From: Phoronis australis
Taxonomy: Eukaryota > Animalia > Phoronida
Direction: 5' to 3'
NCBI GenBank assembly: GCA_002633005.1
Contig: NMRA01000116.1
Location: forward strand, 342,474 to 406,473
Length of the DNA: 64,000 bases
Shown: in pieces, positions 21,601 through 32,821 of the stretch
Layout: each line of letters starts with the position of its first letter
Numbering within the stretch: position 1 is the first letter of the stretch
The notes under the pieces: generated by a model
The model's database searches: none
What the model was told of the DNA's origin: nothing
The model's input: the letters and a program-made list of their open reading frames with translations, nothing else
Program-made: the position numbers and the translations under genes

Positions 21601-21649
21601 CTATTAGAGAATCGTCCCTCGAATCCTCACGTTCCAGGCAGTTTTCCAT
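12647..21649 (-). CDS. ANKRD31: ANKRD31-like protein lacking ankyrin repeats (659 aa): S/T-Q-rich N-terminus, helical/coiled-coil block, RAMA domain, C-terminal REC114-binding-like motif
   Basis: 11 GT-AG exons with consistent phases: 21534-21649, 19121-19155, 18758-18846, 17898-18440, 17493-17592, 16798-17391, 15898-15971, 14336-14470, 14148-14193, 13609-13660, 12647-12842 (1980 nt). RAMA-like segment RCVTSANDVLVIKNQTVYGSVTRYGFIQNADGEIYKTPQSWCRTL...AYKKVSYKGVPL. C-terminal CTIHLISDKELFP resembles mammalian ANKRD31 ILLISDQEFLP as recalled. QQACKDNILERFQTSKSVHRQRLKELVVLLGKRKKRL resembles the recalled ANKRD31 helical block. Confidence 0.78.
16030..16520 (+). mobile_element. 3' remnant of a non-LTR retrotransposon: (TGTA)n-like microsatellite, T-rich tract, short terminal stem and (AATA)n tail
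   Basis: Ends CAGGGCGCCCATGGAAAG...GGGCTACCCTCATTGTAAATATTACATTAATAAATAAATAAA; lies antisense in intron 6 of the ANKRD31-like gene. Confidence 0.55.
20798..21165. mobile_element. Kolobok-like non-autonomous element, copy 1
   Basis: TTAA|AAGGATA...TATCCTT|TTAT ends; clearly homologous along its length to 34987-35345. Confidence 0.65.
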
Positions 21650-21744
21650 TTTTGATTTGGGATCGTCTGCTTGTATTGTGCTCGAAGGGCCACCTATGGG
21701 GAAGGTTATGATAATTTTGTTATTTTGAGGCCACACGTATAAAC
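21650..21744. promoter_or_regulatory. Very compact divergent intergenic region between the ANKRD31-like and ENTR1 start codons
   Basis: Minus-strand ATG at 21649 (context CAAAAATGG) and plus-strand ATG at 21745 (context AAACATGG) are 95 bp apart. Confidence 0.6.
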
Positions 21745-24700
21745 ATGGCCTGCGGAGGAGGTGGGGAAGACAACCCGTTCTCCTTCAAAAATTATATGAA
21801 ATCGAAAGTTACTAGCGGTGCTCAGAGCTCCGATAATGACGAAGATGACATGTTTGATTTACCTGACACATCAAGTGGGCCTCCTAAAACGCAGGAAGCA
21901 GGTAAGGGGGTAATATGAACATGTTATGTCCAAATCTTTTTCGGAAAGTTGAAAGTTTAGGCAGTCAGGATTGAGTTCCATAGACCGTAAGACATTAGCT
22001 TGCGATTATGGCGAAAAATCTTTGCTTGTAGTACGGAAACACCGAATTCAATCCCATAATTCAGCTCTCCAATCGCCCTGATCAATCTCTTAAGTGTGTT
22101 GGGACACATGACTTCCGAGTGTGGCGTAGCCCCGTTGGCTTACTGCCTCTTGGTCGAATGGCTTGCAAAACCCAATTTTCACGCTGGTTGCCCGGGTTTG
22201 ATACCCACTGTCATCGTGTGTCTATACTGTTGAAAAATCTGTCGCCTACTCCAAGACTATTACAGGGGCTCCCTTCGTACTAAGAGCCAAGCATCCAAAC
22301 TGTTTGGCTTGGAGACAATTGTCACTTGACAAGCGGCTTGGAAAGGCTTTATTTGGACTGTCATGATTGGAAGACATGTGACACAACACTCCTCCTTCTG
22401 CAGAACAGACACGCCTCCTGGGTACAAATCTCAGTTACTCACTAATGTCCTAGTCCTAGATTTTGCCTTTAGCAACACTGCCTGTGTCCTGGAATTTGCC
22501 CTCATGGCATCCCTCACTTTTTTGACTATCTCAGCACTCCCACCGTAATGTAGCTTAGTGTGCCATGCAGAGCCAATTCTCACTGTCATAGTTGGTTGGC
22601 TGGCTATTGTATCACTGTATGGTCACTTTCAGGCATTTTTTTTTCTTCAGATGGCTCGGCGAAAGAAGAGAATCCTTTTTCCTTCAAGAAGTTCTTAAGT
22701 AAAGAAGCTGCTGGTAAAACTGGTACGCGGCCCAAAACCTCATCACAGACCACGACTTCCACCTCAAGATCCAGGACAATTCATATAACGGACGTTGAAT
22801 TAGCGGCGGCTTCTTCCATCAGTGCCACAGACTTTGTGTCAGACTTGCCGGATTTTGTTCAGGACCATTTTAATCCATTGGAATCACCCAGGAACAGAAC
22901 TGTGCCCCGGCATATGGGATTGCCAGACTTTGCACCTGATTGCAACGGTTCACTGGGTGATCCATCAAGTCCTGATGACTTCAACCTGCTTTTGAGCAAT
23001 TCAGCAGTTAATGACAGTGAAGTCGGATTACCATTTGATAACAACATTATTACTCCAGAAAGTAGCGGGCCCTCGCCAGCCATGCAAGGGGGCCTACCTG
23101 ATTTTATTTCAGACAGTAATATTGCCGATTTTGTGCAATCCAGTGGTGGTGTTACTTTTAATGGTGCTGTGCACAGAAGCTCGTTTGATGATTCCTTGCC
23201 AGACAATCCTCAGCAAATTATCACTAGGGTAGGTATTGTATGGGTTTGTAAAGGCACAAGTTATTGTTTCTGCTGATAAATGCAAGTTTTATGCGATTTT
23301 ATGGAGCATAGGTTGGTTGTCATTTTGCACGTTAATTCGTTCATTTGGTCAGTTCTAAGGTTTACTATCATGATAATGGTAATTTTCCAATAATGTTACC
23401 TTTGGCCATAGTTAAATGAGGAATAGCTCGATGAATGAAAATATATTCATAGTTACAGAGTCCAATGTTTCGGCCCAGGCTTCAGCCATCTTCAGGGTTA
23501 CAATATAAAGTTACATTAAAGTGCACGAGTCATACATCTAACCATAGTCCTAATTGGAATGAACTGATATTCTTGTTCAAGGACCTCTCAGCATGAACAG
23601 TCTTAATCCTCAATGAGTCTTATATTTCTATGGACTTATTTTGAAACTCTGAAGATGATTTAAGACTGAACTGAAATGTTGAAGTTTGGAATACTTTGTG
23701 ACTTTGAATGTATTAACGTTCGTTGTGTCTATCCTCATATATTAATTTCTACTAAATGTTGTTTTGTTGTAATCCAATAGAACAGTTTTGCAATTGTTTT
23801 TTTGATGAATATGTATTACTACTTGCTATGTACTTGAAATGTTTCTATCCTTCCTTTAAGGGTCTTGTTTTAACTGGACAGATTCTAATTTTTCTCCAGT
23901 TGTTCTGGTTCTACAACTGGGAAAGCTGGTATCCATGCTCAAAGCTCTGAACCTGAATTCTCTAATATAGTTGAACCTGTGCCTTGCTGTAATTTGTTTC
24001 ATTTTCAGCTTCGTGAAGAAAATGATCAGTTGAGGAGCGAACTACGGGAAGCTGCCAATACAGCAGAGGTTGAAGCAGAGAGGTTAGGTTACTATGACAA
24101 CCTGTCACTGTGACTGTATTTGGCTTACTTGCCTGGAGTTTGAAAACCCATGCAACAAATTAGAAGTGTTAAAAGATTAGTCACTTCTTAAACAAATAAG
24201 GACATTTTGAATTATTGGTGCCAATTCAATGTTTTTGTTCCAAGACAAAAAAATAGCACACAAACTCCTCATAGTATGGACATAGGCTTTCGAACATGTA
24301 CATGAATTTTGCAATTCCAGTTGTGTTTGAATTTTCTGTTGTGGAGAACACTGAGATTCATCTAACACTGATCAGAAACACGTAAGGGGATTTAATACAT
24401 TCTATTGATACATGTGTTTAATAGTCCTGTTACATTCTATATCTCATTGACTAGTGGCCTTCTAGTAAGCACATTTCTTTTTCCTGCTATTGCTATTCTT
24501 GAGACACTTGTTTCTGATTTGATCACTGTCGGGCTTATTAATACTTAGGTATATTTTTTGTGCCAAAGGAATTGTTTGAACATCTTGTTTATGATTGTGT
24601 GTTTTACATACATGATTTCAGACAAATGTAATGCTCACTGTCAATATTGTGTGACATCTTGCAAGCGACCGACCAAATTCCTAATTCCTTGAAGCAAGTT

Positions 24701-27700
24701 TACATAAGTCCAACACTAGTTTATTTTTAAGCCCACCTTGTCAGGCATGCTGATGGATGTCCGATATTCTAATCATCAGTGCCGTTCCTTTACACAACAA
24801 GTAGTTTGGAGCCCAGCATAATGACAAAAACATATGCCTGCCGTTGACTTCTCACTTAACTCACCAGCAGGAGATTTAGTAAATGTGGACTTTAAAGTGT
24901 GTTGCGCATGTATGCTATACAGTGTATGTCATCATAATTCTGGGTTATTATATATTAGTTCATGATGCGTAAGTAGATTTAAACACTGGCTGTGTCCTCG
25001 TTTAAATCAATTTGCATATCACGAATATTGATATAACAACCCACAATTATCATCACGCACGTTGCGTAACGTGTGTTTATGAACCTCTCCAAGATTCACC
25101 ACTGAAATCATCTCTTCAAACCAGTGGTTGGTTTCACTGTTGATTGAATTAATTCAGTGTTCAAAGAGATTTCATTGTTCACAGCTTCATTCAGTGGTTC
25201 AGTGCTTTCATTGAACTGTTGATGTGAATTGATACCTGTTGCCAATTGTATTATAAGAAACATAGTTGATTATTTGGAAGTCATATTCTGTATTTGTAGA
25301 GTATCTAAAATGCTACGTGACATGGAAGCTATAAAGAAACGTGAGAACGAGGAAACGTCAGCGCTGGAGAAAATGGTGCAGCAGGTTGAAGCCAATCTGG
25401 AGATAACGACGGTAAGATGTGAGATGAACAGTTGATAGAGTAGAGTAAAACAAAACAATATTGAATGGTGAAAACTGGTGGTTGAGTGACTGAATAGTGG
25501 TGCTGCCCTCTATAGTGACTTGAAGAAAAGAATTAGCTGCTCAAGAATTTATAGCAGTTGAACTCCAGAAATTTTATGTGCTGCTGTTGTTTTTCAAATG
25601 CATTATTGGGACAGTCGTCAGCTCAGAAGCTTCCAATAACATCACCGATAATTTGGGGAAGTGTAAAATGATTTATAGTTGCAGTTTTAGGTGGTGAGAT
25701 CGGATGGTGCATGGATAAAAATTTGTTAATTCGCAGTAGATGTAAAAAAATCATACAAAATATTGTTTCCCATCAGGGGTCTGTTCCATGAAAAATGGCC
25801 TAAGACTGATGTCAGAAATTTGGTCTTGCGCTCCACGCAACCTTTTCTAATAAAGTATATGAAAGTGCATTTACGACGGTTTAATTTCCTTAACTCTATG
25901 TTCAGTTGAGAGTAGAGTTTTGTTCCGAAAGTACGAACGTAACGGAATAAAGACTGAACAATGAACAGTGTCGTGCATTTAACAAATTCTGTATAACGCT
26001 ATTATATCTGAAATGTATTTGTAATTAACAGGCCAGAGCTGTGAAAGCTGAGACATCAAATGTCAAACTGAAACAGGAAGTGAAGACTTTAAAGGCAAGT
26101 GACGTCATTTATTTATGTGTAAAGTCTACCTGTTTGTCAACACAACAGTGTACATTAAGTTTGACATGAACTACAGGCAATACTATCCTGCTCAGTGCTG
26201 CCACCTTTGTGTTGTTCAAGAAGATGTAACATGCTGTTCCAGAGTTGTTAATTGTTTTCATATGTTCTATGGTAAACTATGAATAACTTCAGTTGATTCA
26301 AATTCTTGAGACATTTCTCAGTAAATTAAGAATAATTTCAGGGGGGTAAATATTTCAATTTTTGAAATGTTAGGACAATATCTGGCAATAGTCTAATTTA
26401 ACATGCCCGTATTTTGAGTTTGATGCCTGTTATTGAGTGGAGAAAACTGGTTCTCAAAATTCAGGCATGTTATATCAGACCATTACCACAATATCTTGGT
26501 AAGTCGGTTCAAGTTCTTTAATTAAGCCCAGTCTCTTCAAAGTAGGACATTGAAATTTGTCACGAAAAGGTTTCACCTGTCATGTAGCTTGCCTTTGTTG
26601 AATTTACTGGCCTTCGGGCTTTATTTATTTTTTTGCATACCCTCAACCGAGCTCAAAGATTAAGTATGCTTGCATTTGCTAAATTGTTGGTTTCTGGACA
26701 CGAAATGCACTTCTTTGAAATGGGTTTCATTTTATATTTGGCACGATGTATGATGTTCTGTTCTTTTAAATTTTAGTCACCTCATTTCTTTGCAGGCTCA
26801 AATAGTAAGTCTTCAAAATGAAAACCAAGGTCTACGTAATGGCGACTCATATCAATCCAACGTGAGAGAGAGGACTCGGCATGCGGCTCAGCAGTTAGCA
26901 ACAGCCGCTGATACAGCTCAGCAACAGCTGCAGTGAGTGCTTTTAACTCTGTTCTTTTCTTTGTAATCCCACTTTCCACAGAAGCACAGCTGCATTGATA
27001 TTTTTGTACATTAAGCGACATATAAAGAACCAGTGCACACTGTAATAGGTATTTCAAAGCTCTGAAAAATGGCCAAGTGGGTTTAAGGCTTCTTGTTTGT
27101 TTGTTTATCTTGTGCGCTTCCTCAGGCAACCTTACTTGATCGCGTTTGCTGTGTATTCATGCAGACTGTATGACAGCACTTTACTTTACGTCACACATTG
27201 GTGTGACTATTCCACAGTCATCTCAAATTTAAGAAATCTGCAGAGGGAAATGTACCAGAATTCATTCTGTCTGCGTTATCTCAATTGTAGCGTATTTTAT
27301 AGTGGATTGAAGGTTTTACATCTTTCTCAAGAGGTAGAAAATTGACGCTCTCCCAAACATAAAAAAGCTCATAGCACATGGTCGTATGTTTTGATTCTCA
27401 GAGGAAAATTCTGTCGTAGCAATTTGATCTGATATTTACACCAACAATCTTTGAATTGATTCACAGTTGATCTTGGGAACACGATTATCCAAGTTGCAAG
27501 TTTTAACATTATAATAGCACGCCTTGCTATGCAAAGGAAATTTATTTTCAACCACATATGTACAGGTAATTAGAGGGATGGCCAAACTAAGGCACATGTT
27601 GATACTGGATGACCACCGAGAAGTTATCATACATTTTACTTTATGCTCAGTGTGAAAATTGCATTTTCAGGTCTTTATTGTCTGGAGTGGATAATCTGAG

Positions 27701-27776
27701 AATGCTGTCAAAAGTACTGGAATCCATCGACAGAATAACAGAGGGAGACAATCCCAGTGGTGGAGAACCTGATTGA
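21745..27776 (+). CDS. ENTR1: Endosome-associated trafficking regulator 1 (SDCCAG3) homolog, 408 aa
   Basis: 7 phase-consistent exons: 21745-21901, 22651-23228, 24009-24082, 25300-25411, 26032-26094 (GC donor), 26796-26932, 27671-27776 (1227 nt). Two NPFSFK motifs, coiled coil with ETSALEKMVQQVEANLEITTARAVKAE, and C-terminus LLSGVDNLRMLSKVLESIDRITE matching the ENTR1 family. Confidence 0.92.
22145..22385 (+). mobile_element. Degenerate tRNA(Glu)-derived SINE in ENTR1 intron 1
   Basis: TGGTCGAATGG (A box)...TTTTCACGCTGGTTGCCCGGGTTTGATACCC (Glu-TTC-like anticodon arm plus B box), followed by a non-tRNA body. The 3' limit is approximate. Confidence 0.5.
23400..23700 (-). mobile_element. Penelope-like retroelement remnant with hammerhead-like cores
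   Basis: Minus strand gives decayed EI*DSLRIKTVHAERSLNKN, resembling the end of a GIY-YIG ORF, then CTGAAGA-TGGC...GCC-GAAAC (23467-23495). A second, more decayed CTGAAGA...GAAA lies in the opposite orientation near 23648-23680. Confidence 0.55.
26378..26495. mobile_element. Small palindromic MITE, copy 2
   Basis: Homologous to 2190-2312 and 35606-35680; inverted ends GGCAATAGTCT.../AGACCATTACC. Confidence 0.5.
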
Positions 27777-29473
27777 TGAACTGATCATTTCAAAACTGAT
27801 CATTTCATCCCCGACACATCAGGTTCCCAATATCCAGGATCTAGTGCGATTTCAGGAATGTTTGATATTATTGAAGACCAACCACATGACAAAATTTATT
27901 TCAAAAATTGTAGCTGCCAATAAGACAATTACCTACAAAGCCTCGGGTTGTGTTCTTTTCTTTCTCATAGATAACTTAATGTGCTTGACCCTGACACTGC
28001 TACAGTTATGTGGCTTTCGCATTCCTACTTCACAGGTTAAAAGAACCAGTCCTATATTAGGCAGACACTATTAATGAGTAATTTAATAGTACGAGCCTTT
28101 TTCTTTCAATGTAGAAGGGATCATGGTATGACCATTTTATGATGCTATAATTATACGAAAGTGATGTCATGTAGTAAGTCCGGACTGTCCGATTCTGCTC
28201 TATATCTATTCCCTTGAAAGTGTTCCGTGTGTTGAGTCTTGTACTTCGAACTGATAGAAATTTCCTTATTTTTTATTTCTAGATTGTCGTATATGCATTT
28301 ACAGCTTCAATAATCCTTTTAAGACTTCCAAGTTGTTTGGAGAGGAGAACCTATCAGCATCAGTGACCGCCACCTAGTGGTATTGTGGGAAATCTCAAAA
28401 TAGTACAAAACCTCTGAAATGGTCTTGCATTCCTCTTTTATAGTAGTTTTTAAATATGAAATATGCAATTTTGAGCCATACAAGTTCTGAACTATTTTGA
28501 GCAAGAGCACACAATGCACGGCCCCCAATATTTGCCGCCTTTCCAAAATGGTTTATTACTCCAAAAAGAAACTAGTTCAGTAATTTCTCAAATCGTGCTC
28601 ATGTTTACTATTGTCAATCATTTGCTTACCCTGCTTCTCTGGGTTGACGCACTTTAACTAGGCAACTAAAAAATCGAGGTGTACATCAAGCCAAACATGT
28701 GTGCCTTTAAAGTAAAATTTTTGAGACATCGAAGGTAGGCACTTGCCATTAATCATTGAGTACAAGAGGTATGAGCCATAAGTACCATTTTGTGTCTCCT
28801 TCAGTAAAGAGCTGTGGAGTCAGTATTTTGTTGCTCGAAAATGGTTCACTAAAACATAAGCAAGATGTGTACTTTTTGGGAATGCAGTTCCAATGAGAGG
28901 GGAATTCACAAAGACACAGGCACTTACGAAGAAGTCTCCATCATATAAAGTGGAGGTGGACAGTAAGCCGAGTGTGGATAAAACTAATTGTCAAAATGAT
29001 CATTTTTCCTTTTTTAAAGTCTTCTGACATGCCAAGTTCTCAAAATATTGTCTCATGGTTGCTATGGTGCAGTAAGGTTTAACCTTGCAGTAGACCCTGT
29101 CACAGAGGGATGATGCACCTGTTTTAAAGTTACTCGCACCATTTTACTGAAGTGTGAGTACGTTTTTGCGACATCTTGTATATTAAGGCTCAAAAATTTT
29201 ACATTACAATGTCCGTTTCTAAAAATCTTAACAGGAATTTTGAGGAAAATTTTCATCTTAAAAACATGGAATATTGTCAAGACATCTTGCCTCAACTTGA
29301 CCTTCATTTTCCATACTAATTTTTCAGTTGTTAGCATGTTCATGTAAATTATAATTTGATGTAATGATATTTTTGTTGCAATATTTGCTCATTTGTCAAG
29401 TAGAACAAACAAATTGTGACAGTCAGTGTGCCTGTATTTGACCAGGTAACTTAACTTTTGGTGCAATTGTATA

Positions 29474-29479
29474 AATAAA
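29474..29479 (+). terminator. Probable ENTR1 polyadenylation signal AATAAA
   Basis: AATAAA about 1.7 kb after the stop, followed by T/GT-rich sequence. Confidence 0.45.
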
Positions 29480-29710
29480 TATATACAATGAAGTATCGGT
29501 TCTCCTTTTAACATACTGTGTATCTACTTCCCTAATTGGGTGTCCAAACCCTTTTAAGTGTCCTGCTGATCTTAATTATTTTAATTGAAATCTGATGCCA
29601 TAGCACAGAACCTACTCAATGCAAAAGGTAAGGCTCCACTAAAGACCAGTTTTTGCTGAACAGGATTGGATGCAACTGAGCACACAAGTTCAGTAACTCT
29701 ACATAAAGCA

Positions 29711-29716
29711 TTTATT
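29711..29716 (-). terminator. Probable SPPL3 polyadenylation signal AATAAA
   Basis: TTTATT on plus strand about 3.1 kb downstream of the SPPL3 stop; the intervening sequence has 3'UTR-like composition. Confidence 0.4.
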
Positions 29717-30379
29717 ATCATGTTGATGAGATGACAATGTATGCAAGACTTTGACCAAAAGGTTCATAAATACACACATACAAAGCTATACTAGCATAGC
29801 TCAATAATACTAATGCCTCAATAGTTTACAATTATTTACAAAAAAGAAGAACTGAAAACATTTTAAATATTGTATGTACAATGCTTCATTTGGTCCTAAC
29901 ACGGTAAGAATTATTGACATACATGGTGCATGAAAACAATGTTATTACATAATCTTGTCTACACTGTTGAAGCATACCTGATTTATATGTTATGATGTTG
30001 CATTCCACAAGTGGTATTACAAATGCTTCTCGTTTAAAGTCAACTCTAAGAGACGGTGGTGTCCAAATCCAAACATCAATCTAGTCCGCTTTTGAGCGAT
30101 CGTGCCATCTTGTCCCACACCACAACTGGCATGCTAATAACTTAACACGCAAGTGTGAGTGAAAACGATGGAAACTATTACCAACAGATATCCCGACTGA
30201 AAATACTGGTCAATAATCCGAATTCAATAATGTCGTTATTGGCAAATTTTCATCATACTTATTAGAGGGAACATAATCCCAGACTAACTTTTAACAAGGA
30301 ATTCAATTTCAGAAGCCAAACTGTTAAAAAAATCACCAGTTTCATTCCACAATATTGCAATGTATTTCATGAAATCACT

Positions 30380-30470
30380 GCTAATGAAGTAATAGTACAC
30401 TTGATACTCACCAGGTGGTGCTAATGAAGTAATAGTACACCTGATACTCACTAAGCGGTGCTAATGAAGA
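30380..30470. repeat. 40-bp tandem repeat, ~2.2 copies
   Basis: GCTAATGAAGTAATAGTACAC(T/C)TGATACTCAC repeated. Confidence 0.85.
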
Positions 30471-31671
30471 AAGCCCACCTTTTAACATCTGAATTGATTT
30501 GAGAGCAGAAAGCATATCAACATGGTGTGATAAGAGTAACAACTGTATGAGCAGCGTTACGTGGACCCAAAACGATCACGAGAAAAGGTAACGTGACCAC
30601 TTCAGTGCTTTGCTGGTGATATCTGTCAAAGATCTACATGATCTTTCCATTTCTCGACTTTCATGCCTCTGTGAATCGCAGGCCTGAATGCGGGTATTTC
30701 TATTGCTGCACACCTAGTGAAGTTCGAGTTTCCCATTGCTGCACGCTAAAGAAAACTTGATCAGTGTTTATGATAATGAGAATTCGTGATCCTTGTGCAA
30801 TCTATTGATGAAACACAAGGAGCTGTAAAATGGGCCGAGTTTCTAATGGTTACATGGAACTTTGTTTAAAATAAATATTTTAGGAAAGTCTCTTGGAAGG
30901 TTCATTGTATCATGCCTTCACAGACATAAAATCACTCTTTTCGTCACAAATCGTAAAGCAAAATACCGCTGACAATTTCTGTACAGAACTAACTCTACAG
31001 TTGCTTTAGGTTTTGCCACATAACACTCCTTCTAAGAATGTCCGAGCCTGTATGGGCAGAAGTGGACAACCTGTAAACTCATAACTACTTTGGTATATTA
31101 CCTGTAATCCCACAGTTGCTGGCCTCAGTACATTTTGGACCAGACTACAACTTTCAAGAGCTCAGTCCATGAACTACGCTACACCCTAAACTTGAAATTA
31201 CACCCGATTCAATGAATCTGGGTACAGGCATAACACACACAATAAATGATTTCCTTGTTCAATGGACTACTCTTAAATAGTTGAATTTGAAACGTCTACC
31301 TACCACCACCAGTAAATGCAACTAGTTGCACAGCATAAAAGGGCTTGTGGTTCATCTATAAGTTCGTAGCACAGTGTTATTGCACTCCTGACAACTAACA
31401 AAACACATGGTCTCTAGTGCCTCACACAATGAAGACCCATACATACATACTGATTTGTGAATTAGACAAGACAACTTCCCAACATGACTATGTTACAGTA
31501 CGCAGACAAGAAGGATGATTGATTACACCTCACACTGATCTCGAGTAGAAACCTAAAATAACCTCAATTGTGGTCTTAAGGTGACTTCTACCATGGCTTT
31601 AAGAAGTTCTTCACTGTTGAAGAGCACAAACGAACATCAGTTGAGCTAAGCAGCACTCGTCAAGGATGACT

Positions 31672-31815
31672 GGGCATGCGTTCAGTAGACGCTAGGACCT
31701 AGCTAAAACGTAGTCAAAGTCACGTGTTCTCATTTAAAATGCACGGCAATATCTCACGTAATCTCGCGAAGTCTTGCTTTTTAGCGCGGTCCTAGTGTTA
31801 CTGAACGGGAGGCTG
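31672..31815. mobile_element. Short inverted-repeat MITE in the presumptive SPPL3 3'UTR
   Basis: CGTTCAGTAGACGCTAGGACCTAGCTAAAA ... TTTTAGCGCGGTCCTAGTGTTACTGAACG. Confidence 0.6.
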
Positions 31816-32821
31816 CTTTGAGCAGGAAATGAAGCATAAAGCTTTGCTCACAAACCAGTTTAAATACATTTAGAAAATAGTCTTGTGTAAAATGCACTAC
31901 AGATGTGAGAAGATTTAAACTTCCTCCATCTTATCTCAAATTTTGGTGTTGCAGCACCAATCAAAACATCCAATATTTCCTAACTTCAAGTTCGCTCGTC
32001 ATTGTCAACCAACACCTAATACAAAAGTACTGACCAAAGGTACACCTATTATTGGTTCAGTTGAATTTTTACTCTTAAAAAAGTACATACATTTTATAAC
32101 ATTCACACTTAAATGCTGATGCACAAATACTTTCCTGTGAGAGCAATTTATGTCTAAGGGCCACTGCAGACATAGCTGCAAGCTGAGGTGTCTGCCTTAA
32201 ATGAACTGAAGCTCAGCAGGTTGCCTGCAAAAACTACGTTCACAGTAATCAGTGTAAATGTAGTACACATGGTTACCATGAGCGAACTAGAACGACTTGC
32301 TGTTGTCACATGATGCAATTAATAATTTTTCATTGGTTGCCGAATGTAATCAGCTAACACTAAGCACACCACACCCTCATGCTGCCACAATTAACACCAG
32401 CCAAATGAAAATATCCAATAAATGAGACGTTCCCCTTACTGCCTCACCAGGCAAAATCCTCACGGTTCATTTTGCGGCACATATGAGCTATGAGCTGAGG
32501 TAATTAGCATTCTGCTGAGGCCCTAGGTTGAAACAATCGATACAAAATGTTTTAAGACATGGCACAGTTTGCATTGGCTTAGCATTCAGCTAGAACACCA
32601 ATGGGGTGCCTACACAAACATGCTCCACAGAGTACTAGCCCCAGGACTACACAGTACAGTGTGCCACGTTATACATCTACCAGTATAATTCCACAATCAT
32701 TATTACATGGTACGATATGAATAATACTGGTGCACTAATCTGTACACAGTTGGTCCACTATCACTCTCTCTCTCTGGCAGTCAATGTCAGCAGTGGCAGA
32801 TCTGAGTTTCAGTGGTTAGAG

